A stretch of 64,000 bases of DNA, taken from assembly GCA_009780345.1 (NCBI GenBank), contig WRAG01000004.1:19826-83825 (forward strand), given 5' to 3'. The notes beneath the pieces were generated by a model. The model ran no database searches. It was not told where the DNA came from and worked only from the letters and a program-made list of their open reading frames with translations. Shown here piece after piece: positions 63,533 through 64,000 of this stretch (positions are counted from its first letter, which is position 1; each line of letters begins with the position of its first letter). The translations under genes and the position numbers were made by a program. This DNA comes from Oscillospiraceae bacterium. Lineage in GTDB: Bacteria; Bacillota; Clostridia; Monoglobales; WRAG01.

Positions 63533-63746
63533 TATTCAATCAGTCCTGTTCAATTTGTTGTTAGTTATACCTGAGATGTGCCTTTAAAATTTACATTCTG
63601 ACCGGGCGGAAGAATGATATCTCCCGCCCGGCAAATTAAATTACAATTTTAAAAATTTGTTCTAAACTATTAAAACACAAATTGCGTGTTGAAATGGACA
63701 TCGGTAAGAAAAAATCTTTACAGTCAAGATTTTTCTGCGTATCCCA

Positions 63747-64000
63747 TTACTGCGCCATGTATCTGTTGAACGCCGCTTGTTGGATTTCAACCATTTCGTT
63801 AGCACCTAGGTTTATAAGCATTTCAACGAAATCTTCAAACTCGCTAAGCGGTCTGTGACCTGCAATAAATCTCATTACTTCGATGCTTGCGTGCTCGTTT
63901 ACAAGGTTACGAATAGTGATGAAACGTGCTTCTTCTTCAGCAGTTCTCATAAGGTGAGGAAGAAGGTGATCTGCGCTTCCTGATTGAGACCAAACTCTTC
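63747..64000 (-). CDS. Extracellular solute-binding protein, C-terminal part (gene continues beyond window)
   Basis: The frame is open from the window edge to the stop at 63747. The position upstream of the two permeases fits an LplA-type binding protein. Confidence 0.5.
   Translation of the reverse strand, partial: RVWSQSGSADHLLPHLMRTAEEEARFITIRNLVNEHASIEVMRFIAGHRPLSEFEDFVEMLINLGANEMVEIQQAAFNRYMAQ

Overview
This 64-kb window looks like a Firmicutes/Clostridia-type chromosome; that taxon call is only an inference from gene content and a type-A RNase P RNA. All calls come from reading the sequence and the ORF track by eye, with no database search, HMM or folding program, so family names are motif-based recollections.

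Positions 1-20526 are the right-hand part of an integrated mobile element. It ends with excisionase and tyrosine integrase next to tRNA-Cys, and its left end lies outside the window. It carries a small serine recombinase, an FtsK/SpoIIIE-like translocase, an XRE plus HExxH (SprT-like) pair and a CHC2 zinc-finger plus P4/D5-type helicase replication module. That module is followed by an iteron/AT-rich origin. The element also has a gutted SNF2 helicase remnant and an orphan N6-adenine methylase.

Two items in the element appear unusual:
- An AT-rich ORF pair (4691-7827) carries the motif series of YonO/eukaryotic-RdRP-type two-barrel RNA polymerases, including a DNDGD loop. The pair is split at an A7 run.
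- Two paralogous proteins (15343-18200) join a proteasome-beta/HslV-like Ntn-hydrolase domain to a fibre-like C-terminal region.

Positions 20.6-64 kb are host chromosome:
- Metabolism and transport: EamA transporter, malQ, an ABC importer, adhE, tRNA-Met, GH38 and GH88 hydrolases, nitroreductase, an amino-acid ABC system, pstSCA and CUT1 sugar permeases.
- Translation and RNA: rnpB and the cluster rpmG-secE-nusG-rplKAJL-rpmB.
- A methylmalonyl-CoA/pyruvate transcarboxylase-like cluster.

The host intergenic DNA is colonised by at least three families of structured repeats, which I label R1, R2 and R3, plus some single inverted-repeat insertions. Several copies abut or overlap stop codons, sit inside operons, or show hairpin-preserving covariation between copies.
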